From NCBI GenBank assembly GCA_051942245.1, contig JAVECL010000001.1, positions 1-64,000 of the forward strand: a stretch of DNA of 64,000 nucleotides, read 5' to 3'. Shown here piece by piece: positions 60,844 to 64,000 of the stretch. The position numbers and the translations under genes are program-made. Position 1 is the stretch's first letter; every line of letters starts with the position of its first letter. Under the pieces are notes generated by a model. It was not told the origin of the DNA and ran no database searches. It was given only the letters and a program-made list of their open reading frames with translations. This DNA comes from Trypethelium eluteriae (lineage: Eukaryota).

Positions 60844-63365
60844 CGTGATTGGTGCCGAAGTGATTCTTAGCTGGTTGAAGGTGAAAAGGCTGACGTAGCG
60901 TATGGAAATTGTTCGTGAGCTTTGTAAGGTAAGAGATCAAGAAGCACCTGAAGGATGAGTAAAGTTGTATCTGTCGGAGGATGTAGATTTTGTATCAGTC
61001 ACTTAAGTGGGCCACGTCTGCGGTCGTATTAGTCACGCCGACATGGACGTCTTTGGAAAGTGAGGTGATCTTTTTCCGACGCTCGTGTTGCAAACGCCGA
61101 CCATGTGATACATCTCACGAGCAAAAATTCCAAAGAACGCCACGGAGCCGTCATTATTACATCTGATTTCCTCTCCACTGGGACGTCACGGAACTCCTGA
61201 CTAGCCGGTAGCCGAAAGTTTTGCTGAGGGCCTTGTAGCTGGTATAGAAAATCGAAGCCTGTATCTGTGCCCAGGATTCACCGCCAAGTCTTCTCAGTGT
61301 CGTGCGAAGGAAGACTCACAACATCGTGTCATATACGGTTCAGCCACAGAATAGCGAGCTAGCCAATCATGAATACGAGAGAAATGCCAGTTCTGTTTTG
61401 GATATTGATCGTAGCTGTTGTCGATCTATGAGATGGGAGAGTGCTGGATTTCGGAGGGAACTTGTTGATTCACTTCCCACCTTGCTCACGCCTCGAGGTC
61501 GTATTCATGCTATTATCACGGTCAGTCTGCATCGCGTCTTGACAAGGAGGTAGAGAATCCGACGATTGCGATCTCTTTTCTTTCACTTCCAGGTCACTCA
61601 CTTCGAACACCTTCGGATCTAGGTTTCGCATCTTCCTGAGTAGGCCGAGGCGGCTATCCTTCGCGGCCGTATTGACGTGCTTTTGCAAATCCTCGAGATA
61701 AGTCGAAATCTCCTGCCTTACAATCTCTGGTGCACCGTACATGGTCCCAAAATAAAGCTAATCGAGCCTCTCGCCCTGAGCCTTGCAATTGAACATCCAA
61801 AGCTTTCCGGCTCTACAGCACGTCTTAAATTCCATGACGAGAGTTTTTAACAGCTTCGACCAGCGGCGAGGTTCCAAGAATACTCAAGTGGTTGGGGTTT
61901 GCCATGCCTGATCTTGATATCACTGCTGATCTACGTTGTCTGAAGTGATGAAACTGTGGTTCCTAGTAGAATGACTGTAGACGCCAGTGTCGCTGGCTTG
62001 TCTAACGAATACGGGCAAATCCGTTCTGAAATTCCTGGAACCCATTTTCTATCCTTGTCTTGTTTCAGTTCCCGAATATGAGAGTAGGCCTCGTACTTGA
62101 GCTACGAGTCATCATCAGAGAGCTTTTTCTGTATGTGTCTGATATGCAAAAGGTTTTCCATTTCCTTTTTCTTCAAGACAAGTTTTTTCCAAGGTCAAAT
62201 GGGGCCCGTCTTTGACTATGTAGCTCATCCTCAAGCGGCCGCTTTGTCTAAAAATAGTTCAGATAGTGCTCAATCTGGATTTCAGAGCAGAGGGTTTGTC
62301 GTCGGGTCTGACTGAGACAACTGGACCACTAGCCATTGGTTGATTGTCTAGTTGAGTCTCGATATCCTTGATCCGGCACAGCAGGCACGACAGATTTTTC
62401 TATGTCCTTGAAGCGGTCTTCAAAAGCACGACGCTCCTCTAGCTCATTTCAGACGTCTTGTATCCACGGAATGGTGGCCCGTACAGGCGTGATGAAACGA
62501 GCCACGGTAGACCAGATACTCCAATGAGTCCATAATGATGACAACGATCTTCAAGAACCCCGCCGGTATGAATCGTTCTGATGATGATATGGGATCCGAT
62601 TTCTCCATTGGTAGTTATCGTGGAATGCTTCACTGGGGGAGTCCTGGACTAGGAGGTGGAGTTAGAGCATCGGCCAAATCTTATGATGGGATGAAATTCA
62701 ATTTCTCTCTCAATTGTCAACGTCGTTTCAATTTTTGACTGGAGGTGCCAACCTCTCGGAGTACCTCAAACAGGGTTCTCCGTAAGATAGAGTACAGTTG
62801 GAGAGGAATGCAGCTTGATGACGGACGCTTTGGTGCTTCGGCAGTTGGGCTTCTGTCTTGTCTCACACCGTCTTTGGGTGGCGCTGCGTGACGGACGATA
62901 AGTCGACAATATGCGACCAAGCAAGTTCCCTAGGCGAAGGTCCAAGCCATGCTTTCTCGACGAAAAGGAAGATCGACTCCTCTCTCTCATGTAAGTCGCA
63001 AACGTGGAATGTTTCGCACACTTACAGGCGCAGCAGGACGTCGGACTGCAGACTTCTACCTAGCAGGGGCAGGTCTAGGGTCGCCGAGTCCCAACAGCGA
63101 TCGTCCACTGACCCACCTCCATATGACTGCTAACTACCTAGGTGCTTGGTAGTGGCGATAGCCTCCTGCCACGCTTGCGCCCTTCGATTCCAATAGCTCC
63201 TAGCCTTTGTCTAGGAAATCTTCACCTTCTTCTATCCCGCCTCGTCGGATTATTTGGCGAAATGACCATCCGCATGCTGGACTCGACTCGACCGCAAAAC
63301 TTGTATCTCACTGCGCGCGTCGCCTCCGGTGCATTACAATTCCCATCTCATGCCAACTGTTAGGC

Positions 63366-64000
63366 ATGATTGGGTTGACCGTAGAATCATGGATCTGGTA
63401 CGGGTTCGTTCTGGCCGTCACCATTGCGCGGTTGTAGGTCATCAACTCTATTCCCTCAGGCCCGTATGAAAAACCAATGTCATCGAACTAATATATCATC
63501 TTCGTCGCTAGTATCTCCCGGAGTCTCGCGCTTGGCTCCTTTCGCAACCTCCAGGCTGACGACTACGTTGTCTTGTTGGCGTTATGTACATACACAGTGC
63601 TTATCGTGACCATAAACATTGTTTCGGATGACGAGACGAATCTCCTGCCTCCGGGCTTTGATATAAATAGTCTTACGAAAGATGACATCAGGGAACGTAA
63701 AATCGGTAGCAAACTGGTGCTAGTTGTTGAACAAACCCAAATCCTCACTGGTACTTCATCCCCAATCTTCAGTACTCATGGCCGAACTCGTTCTGATCAA
63801 GTCATAGTCTGGGCTGTGAAGACATGCCTTCTCATCATGTACTACCGCTTAACGTAAGTCTGCTCCTACGATTGACGCACCTGTTCAGCCCAACCGCGCC
63901 TCCCCCAAGATACACAACATCAATATTGCGAGTTTTATTTCATTTTACTCCAAAGGGACATTGGCTTATAATATGAACAGTATAGTGCGGAAGGAAAATG
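63366..64000 (+). CDS. Pth11-like (fungal rhodopsin-domain) integral membrane protein, 3' part outside the window
   Basis: ESWIWYGFVLAVTIARL | ISR...LQADDYVVLLA, TNLLPPG, ERKIGSKLVLVVEQ | WAVKTCLLIMYYRLT, then an intron. Confidence 0.85.

Noticed and set aside
61470..62990. Interrupted minus-strand coding-like sequence
   Set aside because: Multiple stops and no recognisable domain; too weak to call.
1..64000. CRISPR arrays, rRNA genes or a Starship DUF3435 captain gene
   Set aside because: No repeat-spacer array, rRNA-like sequence or recognisable DUF3435 gene was seen.

Overview
Genomic DNA from a filamentous ascomycete, judged from short GT-AG introns, RIP-type mutation and fungal gene families. 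It has three zones. (1) 1-12.2 kb is an AT-rich, RIP-mutated repeat block. A full-length Ty3/Gypsy chromovirus (357-7036; 497-bp LTRs, CTACT target-site duplication) sits inside a telomere-linked-helicase-type gene (DUF3505-like N-terminus, a central region with tyrosine-recombinase-like motifs, RecQ helicase). A further relic with a DUF3716-like Cys domain follows. (2) 12.3-21 kb is an accessory zone with a degenerate NACHT/NLR-like gene, two HET-domain pseudogenes, a trypsin-like protease relic with a hairpin MITE, and a secreted Cys-rich orphan protein. (3) 22.8-64 kb is ordinary gene-dense sequence: NRK1, an RCC1-repeat protein, VTI1, an FAD oxidoreductase, DSC3, a Dabb protein, ISA1, a carboxylesterase, two sugar transporters, DUF726, a frameshifted gluconolactonase-like gene, GH76, an SDR, IES2, PEX14/17, a CDF transporter, a small Myb-like protein, a Pth11-like membrane protein and a second MITE copy. 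The most interesting signals are the recombinase-like domain fused to RecQ helicase and an antisense Zn(II)2Cys6 ORF carried by the retrotransposon. All calls come from manual reading and motif recognition; no database searches were run.
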